A DNA stretch of 64,000 nucleotides. It comes from the human T2T-CHM13v2.0 reference genome, Homo sapiens. The position numbers and the translations under genes were made by a program. Numbering within the stretch: the first letter of the stretch is position 1; every line of letters starts with the position of its first letter. The stretch lies in the NCBI RefSeq assembly GCF_009914755.1, contig NC_060936.1; one strand, written 5' to 3'. Below are positions 30,901 to 44,646 of this stretch, one piece after another. The notes beneath the pieces were generated by a model, which was not told where the DNA came from, made no database searches, and saw nothing but the letters and a program-made list of their open reading frames with translations.

Positions 30901-32197
30901 TATCAAAGTTATGAAAAATATACTTTTCTATTAAAGCCATCTGAGGATTGAAAAAGGGTGTCAGAAACGAGCAAAAGGAGGGGGAACAGCTGGGAGGAGG
31001 AAAAGAGTTGGGAAAGGGGGTGATGAAGGAAAGCCCACATGGTTATTTATCTGCTTCAAGAGTTGTAAAAGACTATTTTCTTGACAAGACCATGGAAAGT
31101 AGCCAGTCTTAAGATAAAGCTGAAAATGTGAAATGTGGACAAAGTTTATGGATGTTGTACTAACTGGGACTGAAACTTTTTGTTTCAACAGTTTGGGTAA
31201 GAAATGTAAAAAAATTAAAATAACATAGAAAGAAATATGCTTTAAACAATTTATTCTGTAATTCTGCAAACATAGCAAACATACAAATATACAAAAAATA
31301 TAGACCTTATTCCTAAATTTAAAGGAAGTTATAATTTTTCCAATTTTTCTTACATATTATTGTTCAGGCTAGGCCACCATGGATTATTCATTTTAAAATA
31401 GAAGTGATAATACTTTAAGCAAATCTGAGAATTAATGCACACGAAAATCTTCAGAGGGTGATTTTCAACAATGATTAAAAACACTCTGACACACACTCTT
31501 CAGGCATACGCATTAATCCCACACCTTTGCATGCATGAGTATCATGTGAATAATGCTACAAGTATTGGACCAATGACCAGATTTTTATCACAGAAAGGAT
31601 TCCATTGCTATTAAATTATTCAGAATCTAACAAGGCCCCACAAAGGAGCTAAATAAAAGAACTACTGACAAAATTAATGTTCTCTCGACTAAAAGGATCT
31701 TGATGTGCAAAAAACAAAACAAAAACACTGTAGTTTATGGTACACAGTACTTTTTTGAAAACAGACCACGCAACAGAGGTTCTGAGAATACAGATAAACA
31801 CTAAAACAGTAAGGACAACTCAATCTGAAGATAGGGTTTCAAAAATTCACATTCCTGGATTAAAGAATAATATTTGTAAACTCCCAAACACATATAGTTT
31901 GTCATAAAACAGTTGAAGTTTTGAAAACACACTGCAAAGAGAAATTGGAGATTATGTACGCATGCATATAAACATAAACAAGCTGTTCATGCCTTTATGG
32001 GGGGAATAAAGGTAGTAAATCTACTTAAAGGTAGTGTTTTCATTTCTTCCATATATGAAAGAAACTATCAAATGCAGAGTTTGCATGCCCAGGCAGAAAA
32101 TAAGTCATCAATTTACCAAGTTACTCACAAAATTAATTTCAAGAAATCCAAGTCCCCAAAAAAGAAGGCAAACCAAGATTTTAAAATGTAACAGACT

Positions 32198-32500
32198 TTT
32201 TCTTTCTTTCTTTCTTTTTGAGATGGAGTTTCACTCTTGTTGCCCAGGCTGGAGTGCAATGGCGCCATCTTGGCTCACCACAACCTCCTGCCTCCCGGGT
32301 TCAAGCAATTCTCCTGCCTCAGCCTCCCGAGTAGCTGGGATTACAGGTATGTGCCTCCAAGCCCGGCTAATTTTGTATTTTTAGTAGAGACAGGGCGTCT
32401 CTATGTTTGTCAGGCTGGTCTCGAACTCCCAAACTCAGGTGATCCGCCTGCCTCGGCTTCCCAAAATGCTGGGATTACAGGCGTGAGCCACCTTGCCCAG
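32198..32500 (-). mobile_element. AluSp-like
   Basis: tcactcttgttgccc and caatggcgcc diagnostics; TSD aaaatgtaacagactttt. Confidence 0.93.
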
Positions 32501-33704
32501 CAAAATGTAACAGACTTTTCACTAGCAAAGCAGTTAAAAGTATCTTCTATCTCTATCATCAAAAGTATATCTTTCTTTAAATTCTAAAAGAGCACTTAAA
32601 ATCATCTTATTGTACATTCAGGTCTAAAATTACCATCAACTTTAAATGTCAAAATTATTGCAGAAAATTAGATAAACTGTAATCAATGTCTTCTCAAAAG
32701 AGACAGATTTTACACATATTTTTATTTGCAGCTTTGTTTTTCCACTTCAGATACTGGAAACATTCTATTGTTGCATTAAACCAACAAATATCTCAATAAT
32801 ATACATGTATTTCTATAATAAGGAATAACTTAGTAATATTCTAATGGTGTTAACAGAAGATAATTCAACAGCCCTCAATAAGGGACTTGAAAAATGTTTC
32901 TCCCTCATTTAAGTACAAACTTCTCTTCCTTCTATCAATCTTTTTTCTCACTATTTTTTCTTTCTCTTTTTCTTCTCCCCTTATATTAAAAACACAATTT
33001 TTCAATTATAGAACTCTGATCTCTTATCAAGCACATAATTCATTTAACAAGTTATTTTTTAGTACATTCCTAAATAGTATGTTTCAGGTTCTGTTCAGAA
33101 ACTATGGCTTAGAATTTTAGACAGGCTTAAACAGGACTAGATCTGGCTTCATAGATTATTACATTCTTTTGTTGCTATGCTACTAAATGTAAGAATGGTT
33201 TGAAACAGGACCTCCAATTTCACCCAAAAACATGCAAGTTCTCTTTCTTAAATTCCATATAATCACTTGAGTATCACAGGACTGAAAAAGAACACATGAA
33301 TTTGTTTGCTACATAAAGAGCTACATTTAGAAGGCCATGTGACTAGAAGAGAAGATTTATGCAATTCTTAAACAGGTTTGGTATCTTTATTCTCTTCTGC
33401 TACAATGTAATGAATACTCTATTGTATTGTTACTTACAAAAATGAAAAATAACTGCTCATTCAGTTCTTTCTAATACTCCCATAAGCTCTGAATGTGGGA
33501 ATGTGCAGAATTTCCCACCACTCCCATCATGCCAACCTATTCCGCACATGTCAAACATGCTCATCTTTCTACCTGGAGAGAGATGAGCGTCTCGCTTTGC
33601 CTCAAAAATTCATTCTATGAGACTCAAACATCACCTTCCCCAGTAAAGACTTTTCTGACTCCCTCGGCCACAGTGAGGCTCTCCTTTCTGCTATGTGCTG
33701 GGAT

Positions 33705-33706
<2 letters not shown>

Positions 33707-33760
<54 letters not shown>
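33707..33760. repeat. Perfect (AC)27 microsatellite
   Basis: Read directly from the sequence. Confidence 0.97.
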
Positions 33761-33763
<3 letters not shown>

Positions 33764-34599
33764 CATACACACTTTTCATTTAACATCCTCCATGGATAAT
33801 AGTACCTACTTGACATTTCCACCTCTTTGATAAGAAAACCAAGGCAGATAAGGTCTGATTCCAAAGTCCATTGTTTGTTTGTTTTTTAATATATACTTCC
33901 TTCAGCTCCACACTGTACTAAAACGGGTGTCTGGCTGCCTCCATTCTCTGAGCCTTCTGACAACAAAAGGCAGAGATCCTGTCTTACTCATCTTTGTATT
34001 CCTGGTGTCTGGCACAGAACAGATACTCAACAAACACTCGATAAAAGATGAATGAATAAACAAATGAAATGTAGTAATGCTCAACTTCCTATGTGAGGAA
34101 AACTCATGCCCTTTTAAGTATTTATGTAAAAATATGATAATAAGTGCTAATTTCATTCAGCAAGCCTTTTGTGAGTGTGTCATATGGCTGACACATATGG
34201 TCATATGTTGGCCTTAAATACATCAGGGAACTTAACTGACTCAGTTCCCTGCCCTTGAGAAGCTTTAAATACAATGAGGGAAAGAAAGAAATAACTAGCT
34301 AATGCTACCATTATTTGCTTTATTTTGTCTAATTCCCCACAAATGTTTCTTTTTAAAAGATCCTCATTCTTTAAAACAACCGTGTTCCATCACCACATAC
34401 CTCTGGTCAGTAGGATACAGATGAGTCAACAGAAAACAAAGCTAGAAGAATCTTTGTGGAGCTTAAATACACAAACTTTTTCGCTATTCTTGTTTGGCAC
34501 AGTAGTAATTTGAGCAAGTATATAGCACAGTATTAAATAAAAGAATGTAATTAAGGACACTCTGGCCATCCTTGCCCTTTTTCTTTAATAAGGGCAGCA

Positions 34600-34810
34600 C
34601 AACCAAGTGGAAAGGGCATGGATTTTGGAGTCAGGTCAGGGTTCTCATCCCAATTCGGTCCCTTTCTCCCCATGTGTGACACAAGTCACTTTTTCTTTCT
34701 GGGCCTATTCCTTTATCTGTAATTCTGAGATAAAGAAGCATGCCTTAAAGGGCTCTTGTAACAGTGAAAGAAGATAATGTATGTAACACCTGCCACACAA
34801 AAGGTACTAT
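34600..34810 (+). mobile_element. MIR
   Basis: gggcatggattttggagtcag...tgtgtgacacaagtcactt...atctgtaa. Confidence 0.7.
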
Positions 34811-34889
34811 TATTATGTGAGCTGCTCCACCTGCTTCTTGAAGACTACTGGTTCTAACTTTAGTGCAACATTATAAATATTTCTAATCC

Positions 34890-35282
34890 TGTCCTACTCT
34901 GTTTTCTGTTGCTTATAACAGAATACCTGAAATGGGTAATTCTAAAGAAAAGGAATTTATGTCTTACAGTTATGGAGGTTAAGAAGTCCATGGTCGAGGG
35001 GCTACATCTGCTAAGAGCCTCCTTGCTGGTGGGGACTCTCCAAGAATCCCAGGACAACAGAGAGCATCACAGGGCAAGGGGGCTGAGTGTGCTCATGTGC
35101 TCACTCAAGTCTCTCTTCCTTTTCTTACAAAGCCACCAGTCCCACTCCCATGATAACCCCTTAATCCATTAATTCATGAATGGATCAATCACTTCTTAAA
35201 GGCCTCACCTCTCAACACTCTCACATTGAGGATGAAATTTCAACATGAGTTTTGGAGAGGACAAATATGTAAACTATAGTAC
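34890..35282 (-). mobile_element. MST-family (MSTD-like) MaLR solo LTR
   Basis: ttgcttataacagaatacctgaa...tcttacagttatggagg...tttcaacatgagttttggagaggaca. Confidence 0.8.
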
Positions 35283-35325
35283 ATCACAATATCAATAACA
35301 CAAAATGTATACCAAAAGAGAGGTA

Positions 35326-36693
35326 CATTTGACTTTTGAAAAGCCAGGTTTGAACTACATGGGTCCACTTATACACAGATTTTTTTCAATAAATATATTT
35401 GGAAAAATTTTTGGAGATTTGTGACAATTTAAAAACACTCGGGCTGGGTGTGGTGGCTCATGCCTGTAATACCAGCACTTTGGGAGGCCAACTTGGAAGA
35501 ACTGCTTGTGCCTGGGAGTTCAAAACCATCCTGGACAACACAGAGAGATCCTGTCTCTGCAAAAAATAAAAATAAAAATAAATTAGCCAGGCCTGGTGAT
35601 ACATGCCTATGGTTCCAGCTATTCAGAAGGCTGAATGGGGAGGATCACCTGGGCCTGGGTGGTTGAGGCTGCAGTAGGCCCAAGATGGCGCCACTGCACT
35701 CCAGCCTGGGTGACAGTGAGACTCTGTCTCAAAAAATTTTTTTAAATAAATAAATACAATAAAAACACAGACAAACCACGTAGCCAGGATAACAAAAACA
35801 TTAAGAAAAAAGTTAGGTATGTCATGAATGCATAATATGTATATAAATACTAGTCTACTTTATCATTTTATGGTAGTAACCATAAAATTTATTAGAAAAA
35901 ATTAAAATTTATCAAAACTTACACACACACGATACATAGTATCATTCGCGGTCAAGAGAAATGTAAACAAATGTAAAGATGCAGTATTAAGTCCTAACTG
36001 CATACAATTAACTGTAGTACATACTGTACTACTGTAATAATTTCATAGCCACCTCCTGTTGTTATTGCAGCGAGCTCAAGTGTTGTGAGTAACCGCTTAG
36101 TCCACTGTGTGATGTTAATCATCTCTGCGTGAGCAGTTCATCTCTCCGGTAAATTGTGTATCACAGTAAAAAATGATTTCTTGGTGTTCTCTTGTATTTT
36201 TCATCCTGTTTGGTACAATACCATAAACCTTGAATGAAAACGTGCCACTAGAGATGCCAGAAATGCTCCCAAGAAACAGAGAAAAGTCATGACATTATGA
36301 GAGATAAAGTTGAATTGCTTGGTATGTACCATAGATTGAGGTCTGCAGCTGCAGTTCCCAGCCCTGCCCCTCCATTCCCCCACCTTTTCAGAAAGAGGAG
36401 TCATCTGGTAAGCAAACAAAAACTTACAATATCAATAAGTACAATACAGTACTGGATTTTCTCTCCCTTATGGTTTTCCTAATAAAATTTTCTTTTCTGT
36501 AGTTTATTGTAAGAATACAATGTAATATACATATAATATACAAAATGTGTGTTAACAGACTGTGTTATCAGTAAGGCTTCCAGTCAACAGAAGGGTTACT
36601 AGTTAAGTTTTTGGGAAGTCAAAAATTATACAAAAATTTCTGACTGTGCAGGGGTCAGTGAGTCTAACCGCTGCACTATTGAAGGGTCAACTG
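35326..36693 (+). mobile_element. Tigger2-derived non-autonomous element (Tigger2b-like, ~1.05 kb plus an inserted Alu)
   Basis: TIRs catttgacttttgaa / ttgaagggtcaactg; TA TSD at 35324-35325 and 36694-36695. Confidence 0.85.
35442..35760 (+). mobile_element. AluJ nested in Tigger2
   Basis: Diverged dimer; TSD ~taaaaacac. Confidence 0.9.
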
Positions 36694-37157
36694 TACTTGA
36701 AAAAAGTCACTTGTAGCAGGAAGAATAGCATGGGAAAAGATTCAAGACCACATAGTTAAGTCTCAGATTTCTAGCTGGTGCATACATCAACTGCCTCTTC
36801 TCAACATACACCCTGCAAATCCTTTATTCCAGATCCTTTTTGTGAAAAATCAAACTATTATTCCCTATGATAAGATCTAAAAGAACTGACAGATGTTACT
36901 CTATACTAACAATTCCATTTTCACAAAGAAGCATCTCTGAGTTAGTAAAAAAAAAAAAAAAAAAAAGAGGAAAATGAATTATGTACAATGTCTAGAAATA
37001 AATCTCAGCACACAGTACATGCTGTATTATATATTGGTTTCTAAGTCATTTCTCAACTGTTTACAGTAAGTAATTTTGCAGAACATGTAATAAAAATTTT
37101 AATAAAAACATTTTCAATTCTAAGCAATTTATAATCTATTAATTTAAAAATCACATT

Positions 37158-39900
37158 TACTTGTGCTGGTACAACTAGGAATCCATATGCAAAAAAAAAA
37201 TTAATCTAGACACAGACCTTATACCTTTCATAAAAATTAACTCTAAATGGATCACATACCTAAATGTAAAATGCAAAACTATAAAACTTCTAGGAAAAAC
37301 ACAGGATAAAATCTATGTAGCCTTGGCAATGAGTTTTCAAATATAACACAAAAGCCTATCCATGAAATTGGTAAGTTGGCCTTATTAAAATTAAAGACAT
37401 CTGTTCTGACAAAGACACTGTTAGGAAAATAAAAAGACAAACCAAACTGGGAGAAAATATTTGCAAAACACATATCTGATAAAGTGCCTGTATACAAAAT
37501 GTATAAAGAACTCTTAAAATCAACAATAAGAAAACAACCCCATTAAAAAGTGGGCAAATGATCTGAACAGCCATCACACCACAGAAGATGTACAGATGAA
37601 AAGGGGTATGTGAAAAGATGTTAACATCATATGTCATTAGGAAATAGTAAATTAAAGTAACAATGACATATTACTACACACCTACTAGAATGGGTAAAAT
37701 CCAAAAAAGCTGACAAAATCAAATGCTAGCAAAGATGTGGGGCAATAAGAACTCACATTCATTGCTGGTGAGAATGTAATAGTACAGCCACTTCGGAAAA
37801 CAGTTTGGCAATTTCTTACAAAGCTAACCATAATCTTACCACAGGATCCAGCAATCGCACTTCTAGATATTTATCCAACGGATATAAGAACTTATGTCTA
37901 CCCAAAAACCTGCATGTGAATATTCATAGCAGCTTCGTTCATACTTGCCAAAAACTGGAAGCAACCAAAATATCCTTCAATAGGTGAATAAACAAACCAT
38001 GATATATCTGATAATGATAGAAAGAAATGAGCTATTAAACCTCAGGAAGACATGGATGAACCTTAAATGTGTATTGCTAAATGAAAGAAGCCAGTCTGGC
38101 AAGGCTGTATGATTCCAATTATACAACATCTGGAAAAGGCAAAAGTAAAGAGACAGTAAAAAGATACGTGGTTTTCTGGGAGAGGGGCTCACAGAGGTTA
38201 TGAGTGAAGCCCAGGGGATTTGTAATGTGTTGAAATTATTCGGTATGATACTATGATCCTATAAGGATAGCTACATCAAATTAAGTATTTGTCAAAACCC
38301 AAAGAACTTCACAGGACAAAGAGTAAACTTTAATGTATGCAAACGTAAGCAAATCATTTAGAAGGTCAAGGAATCCCAAGGTGGAATGCAGATTGTAACA
38401 AAGAAATCTAACTGTATTATAAATGTGTGCTACAATCTCACTGAAAAGGATAGGAGGAAAGGTGCTTAGCTGACTAACTCTAGAAATGAGTAGAAGCTGT
38501 GAGACTAAAAGCAAAAGGAATAGTACATAAACACTGTACTCTTGATGCTAAAGTTGTTTCCCATGGGAGCACAGGTTAACAATTCCAATGCTGCTATACA
38601 TCTATGATAGAAATGAATGATTAAGCAAATGTATGGCAGATGGTGCAAACCAGGTTTCTTCTCACTGTTGGAGTAAGTTTACATATAAACAAAGGGAGAA
38701 GGCTAGAATGATACCTGTGGTAATGAATTAGCATTACAGATAAAATGTAAATTCATAGTTAAACATGGATACAAACTGTTACATAAAAATATGTACAGAT
38801 ATGTTCATATACACACATGTATTTCTTGCTTTGTCACATGAGAGAACCTAGAAGCAATGATACCACAGTAGCAACAAGCACACCTAGCACCCAGATCTTG
38901 GTTTCTAACACCATTCCCCAACAAAATGATCCAGATTCCTTGGAGAAATGACTGATTCTAGGACTGTGGCAAGATGTATACAGATGAACCTAGAGCATCT
39001 CATAATACCAGAAAGTAAGGAAATGCTTCCAAAAAAACAAAATTCACATTGATGGTAGTATGTCAAAGAGGCACTGGAGTCAAGCTGTAACAAAGTAGCA
39101 TTGTATTATAACCCAAAATATTTAGATAGATAGATAGATTTTATATTTATATAATATATATATATCCATGAGTCCAGAACAAAATAAATATGATTGAGTA
39201 AATAAATACATGGGGGAGAAGAGACAAATCTCCCACGGAGAAAAATATCCAAATAATTTATATAGATTTCTACCATCAAAGGGGGAAGCATAACTCTCTA
39301 CTCCTTAAGTATAGGCTATACACAGTTCCTTCCTTCTAAGAGCACAGCATGAAAAAGGTGGAGAAAAGTGGAAAAATCTGATAAACACTATCTCAGCCAG
39401 GTGATAAAGATGAGTATCACAGTGACAAATCATACTGATAGTATATACCCTTGATATGAGATGAAAATGGCACGTTACCTCTGTGATCTTTCTACCAAAA
39501 ACCTATAATCACAGTCTAATCATGAGAAAAAACATTAGATGAATTCCAATGCAAATGTATTCTACAAAATACCTGACCAGTACTCCTCAAACATCATCAA
39601 AAACAAGGAAGTCTAACAAACTGTCACAGCCAAGAGGAGCCTAGGGAGACATTACGAGGAAATACATTTAGTGGTGTCCTGGATGGTAGGGTCCTGGAAC
39701 AGAAAAAGGACATTAAAAACTAAGGAAATCTAAATAAAGTATAAACTTTGTTAATACTAATGTACTGATACTGGTTCATTAATAGTAACAAATACCAATA
39801 ATACAAGATGTTAATAAGAGGGGAAGCTGGTATGGGGGTATATAGACACCGTATTTGTAGCTTTCCTGTAAATCCAAAACTTCTGAGAAATAAGGTCTAT
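37158..39900 (+). mobile_element. Old L1 (L1MC/L1MD-like): ORF2 3' end plus long 3' UTR
   Basis: aatatttgcaaaacacatatctgataaag, aactggaagcaacc, cctggaacagaaaaaggacatt. Confidence 0.85.
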
Positions 39901-41559
39901 TTTTTTAAATCCCATTTAGGAATACATCTAGAAAATACTGAAAAGGTTGTAGTGAAGCACTGAAGACCCTTAAACTTTCTTGCATATATTCAACTTAAAA
40001 TGTTTGCAACTATTCCAATGCAGAATTTTTCTTACAAAAATATTTTCAATCACTAACAGCTGCAAACAATTTCATGTAGTATTAATAATTCCCAGGAGGG
40101 ATTTACTATAGCCAGAATACTTTAATTAAAATTCCACTTTTTCCCCCGACATACCTCTACAGATGTCCAAAAGTTTGTACCTTATCATTAACTTATGTTG
40201 TTTTGTGATGATCCGTGTAACTACCAAGTATGTTTCACACAACTCAGGAAAGCTGAGTTGTATATAAATATTACATAAATCAGTGTTAAAATATTCATCC
40301 AATAGAACTTCAAGTATTTAAAGAGACAACTTTTAAAAACCTATCATTTCCTATTCTGGATACTATGTTTTCTTATACAAACCTTGGTTCAAGTGACCTG
40401 CTGCAGAATTAAAAGAGGTATGTAAAAGAAGGGAGTAGAGAGAAGAATAAAAAGCAGTAGGGTAAAGGGTGTGAAACAGAGTGTAAGAAAATAACTAGGA
40501 TTTGGAATGTAATAAACACAAAGTAGAGAGTAGCAAGCCTATGCCATAGCATAGAAAAGAACTGGTATCTGAAAAGAATCAGTATTGATAAAACCTTGAA
40601 AGCAGGAAAAAGCTAGAAATAAAAACAAAATAAATCTTTAAGTTTGATCACAAACAAGCAAAATATTCAAAATTAGACATTAGGTTCCTGACAGGAAACA
40701 AAAGAAACATCACCCTATTAAGAGTGGGGCTACTAACAGTATAAGTTAAATTACACTTACTGGAAATTACTATATAATATTCAATGACATTGGGAAGTGA
40801 AAAAAATTACAAAGAGAATGCACCAAGTCTTGTAAACAGCGGTTATCTCAGAATAGTAGAATTAAAAGCAAATTATATTTTCCTTCTTTTTTTTCTGCTA
40901 TAAAGTGAATGACTTGTGGTGCAATCTTACAAAGTCTCAATCTGTGTATTCTGCAATAAAGGCATTATATTATCACTATTGCATTTGTGATACATTCTAC
41001 CTTACCCTTTATGTGACAATTCTATACTGTTTTAACTGTCAAATTGTAAGTAAAAGTGTGAATTCGTGACCAAAAATTTTCCACACCAGCAACTTAAGAA
41101 CTACAGCAATATGTTTAGAAAACTGCGATCCCAAACAAAAAATCTATACTAGGTGAGACAGGATGACATTGACTTTAATTCCAATAGACTCACTACCACA
41201 TGACGTCCATTACTAGTGCTCACTTTCCAGAACCCAAGGAGCTGTGGAAGAATGGAGTCCTTTCAATGAAAATAAACTAGAGGCAATACACAACACAGTT
41301 ACTTTGAGGGGCTTTTTCAATATAAAGAAGATTGCCCGGAATCCTAACTCTCCTATTTCCCAAAAATGACAAAGCCAAAAAGTCACACTCTTCACACATC
41401 TGAAATCAAGTTTTACCTGAACTCATCCTAACATATTAGCTCTTTTACCTATTCCCCTTACTATCTAAGGCAAGAAACCTTGAAAAGAGAAGCAGTAACA
41501 CATTTCACTGAAACATATTTTGTAAAGGAGGATTCTAATTCCTAATCCTTCACCGCTCT

Positions 41560-43310
41560 AGATGTCTGCGGATTTCAAATCCTAACCACGGCGTCCTGCC
41601 CCCCGCGAGATTCCAACAGTACTACGGGCCCTATGGGAGGAGGAGGATTTGAGAAACACTGCCGCAGAACGGTCGGTGCAAAGATTTTGCAAACAGGTAG
41701 TCCTAGGAAGGAAAGTAAGAGTGAGAACATCGGAGAGGGCAGGGAGTACATGGGTGGGGAAACCCCTTTCAAATGCATGAACTGACCACAACCGGAGAAA
41801 GGCCGTCTGTCTTCCCAAAAGTAAAATGGTGAGTAAAGTGGAGCAAGCTAAGAAAGTCAACAGCCATTAGGCATTGACAACGATTCCGAAACAATTAGCT
41901 ATGTTAATTCGAGGGGGTAAACGGGGGTGGGACCCTGCCCTAAAGGGTCATTTTGAAAAGAACCCCTCCCCATTTGAGGCGGGTTGGCAGAGCAGCGCAC
42001 AAATCCCAAGTCTAACGTAATAAGCCGAGATCGGGATACTCGGTCTGCAGTCGCCCCACGGACCAGATGAGCGCAGGTGTATCTGCGGAAGCTCAGGTTA
42101 CCATGAATATCACTGGGCCACGGCGAACCCTCCCTGCCCAGCCTCCCGGAGCCCTGGGCGCGGGTCTGCACGGGCCCCACAGCTTGCCCGGACCCGGCGA
42201 GCGGACGCCTCCGGCCGCAGCGCCCTACCGCACCTGGCTGCCAACACCAGTTGAAAGCAGTCAAAGTGAAGGGAGGCGGACGCGGCTCCTGGCACCGCTC
42301 CGATTCCAGCACACAAAGGCGGATTTTTAAAATCGAGAAAGTCAAAGCCGCCGGACCCCGGGACCGGCGCCTTTCGCCAAGGGGCTCTTACCTCGGATCC
42401 GCCCTCGGGGCCACGGCTTTCCCCGGAGACGCCGCGAGCCCAGACGAGGTGGGAGGGGACCGGGAGAAAGCCCCCCAATCTGATTCGCGCCCAGCCAGTC
42501 GTCCGCGAGCCGCGGAGCCGCCTTCTGCACCCAGCTAAAGAGCAGCGATCTCCGAGGCGAGCACAGCGCCGGCCTCGCGCCGGGCGAGACCGCCTCGCTA
42601 GCTGCTGCCTGTGAAGTCTGGAGCCGCCCGCCCGCTCGCAGCCAGTGCCAACCGCGCGCCGCGCATGCCCAGTGCCCGCGCGAGGAACGAGCGAGCGGGC
42701 GGGCGGGCGAGTGCGCGCCCCGCAGCCAGGAGCGAAATCCGCTATCCGGGTCTTGCCGGCAGCCGAGCCGCAGAGTTCTGGTCGACTCCAGCGCTTGAGG
42801 CGAAGTGGCCGGTGAGGCCGGGTGGGCGGGAGAGGGACCGGAGGAAAGGAGACGGGGCGCTGCGCCAAGTTATCAAGGCCGCGATCAAAGTCGGACCAAG
42901 GCAGCGAGTCGACAGCAGGTTTCCAGAAGTGCCCTAACAGGACTGACTAGCAGCCAGGAGGCGCAGGAAGGGGCAAAGAGCGTGTGGAGAGCTTCGCCCC
43001 CGGCGAGGATGGACGCCCCGGGCGGAGGGAGCGCTCGGGTTGCAACACCCAGTCTGGCTGCACAGCTCGTAACCCCTGCCCTTTGGCGGCAAACAAGACG
43101 CATCTAATGACCAGCCAGCCTTCGTCTTCCTCCTCTGATCATCGGACCTATTTTCCCCCTTTTGTCGCTCTCCTCTTTTTTTGTCTCTCCAACCCATGCG
43201 GTAAACTGGTGGTGCCCAAGGCCCTCCATCGGGTCCCTGAGAGTCTCCCAACTGCCGGTCCTTAGCGCCAGCCTGCAAGCCCAGACCCGCCTCGCCAGGC
43301 TGCCTGTGAG
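41560..43310. promoter_or_regulatory. CpG island promoter
   Basis: Abrupt GC/CpG enrichment in otherwise CpG-depleted DNA; GC boxes at ~42696-42710 and ~42820-42832; NRF1-like gcgcatgc at 42661. Confidence 0.93.
42392..42619 (-). other. EPS8: Non-coding first exon (5' UTR) of a minus-strand gene, probably EPS8
   Basis: Consensus donor GAG|GTAAGA at 42392/42391; no ATG on the minus strand in 42392-42660; YR initiator near 42619 (TSS approximate); gene name recalled from the 5' UTR and proximity to an MRPS7 pseudogene, not verified. Confidence 0.65.
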
Positions 43311-43829
43311 CCTATTTTTCATGTAGCTCTTGCCAAAAGCCCTGATGTGGTTTGAAGTAGTGGAGGCTTCTTTCACTTTGTGCCTCTCGTACCTTAACCA
43401 ACCCTCATAACCTCCTCTCTGAGTAGCTCATGGAGCCTCTAAAAGAGAAGTCCATGTTCTCATAGACATTGTGTTTTCTCACTCTTAAAACTCCTCATTG
43501 TCATAGCTACTCCCCCAATCCCCCCATGCTGTCCTAACTTCGAAGTCAGTTGACTTCCAGAAGTCCACGAAAGCCTATAAATTAAACTTGGTTAAAAGAG
43601 ATTGGACTTGCTTGCTTTGTGAAGCAAATAAAAGCACAGTCAGGGAGAAACGACGTAACATGCCAAGGTGGACATTCAAACCATTCTAAAAGTTGGAATC
43701 GATATAACGGCTAAGTCCAGTCCCCTATTTTAAGTGGGAATACTCTCTCCAATATTTCCACCAGACCACTATCCACTTGAACATTTCCAATGTTGTAAAT
43801 TTCTATTTTTATCATTACATATAACCATG

Positions 43830-44020
43830 ATTATTTGTTGAATATTTACCTATGCCAGGAACTGAGCAACTTACACACATTATTCCTAGTCCTTAAAATG
43901 AGATGGGCCTTATTATACCTATTAAACACATTAGGAAAATGAAACCCAGAAGTTTCCTTCTTTTTGCCAAAGCCAATGCTGACGCCAGAATTAACAACCA
44001 GGTCTGCTTAACACTATAGC
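43830..44020 (-). mobile_element. MIR
   Basis: tttacctatgccaggaactgagc...tattatacctatt...ggaaaatgaaacccaga. Confidence 0.6.
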
Positions 44021-44646
44021 CTGTATCATTTATGAACATCAAATCAACTTCCCTGATACTACTGGTCTTGGTTCTGCCCCTAGGAACAACACAATATGAA
44101 TCTCATTCTTTATAGACACTGCAAGCCTTGAAATAGTAGGAGCAACTATTAAGTAACCAACAGATCTAATACATTTCTTCAAAAATTCTCTTTTAAGTGT
44201 TTTTCAAATAGCAGTGAGCTGCCATAATCACACTATTCACCTTGCTTTGAATGTGTTTTGATTTTCATTCTCCTCTCTAAATTGTGCACTGAGAATACAA
44301 TATTCAAATACAGTGGGCCAAGAACTGAGTTCCAGTTCTCCAGCTGCTGATCAGCCACCCCTTTGATGCAAGCACACACTACCTAGATTCAAACAGAACA
44401 CCCAAGTCTATTTCACATCAACTAAATTAAACCGTATCTTCCACCTTTCATAGTCTATACTTCTATGTATTTAAATCTTGATTTTTGTTTTATTCTTATT
44501 AAATTTTATCGTGTTTGTTTTAGGACACAATTTCAGATAAATACTAGTGATCACTTTTAACATTTGTAAATTTAATAAGTATGCCTTGTTTGGCTCCATT
44601 TACGTCTAGTAAGAAACAGTAACACAGAACGGGCTTTAAAAAGGCC

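Noticed and set aside
40239-40261. Perfect 9-bp hairpin acaactcag-gaaag-ctgagttgt
   Set aside because: A few such stems are expected by chance in 64 kb; no supporting context
40750-41420. Extra minus-strand donor-like motifs (CCA|GTAAGT ~40760, AGG|GTAAGG ~41005, CAG|GTAAAA ~41416)
   Set aside because: Could belong to alternative 5' UTR exons, but no matching acceptor or TSS can be supported from sequence alone
41899-43376. Overlapping 60-252 aa ORFs on both strands in the CpG island
   Set aside because: Arg/Gly/Pro/Ala-rich, many with non-ATG starts, and some cross the splice donor; expected from stop-codon scarcity in GC-rich DNA
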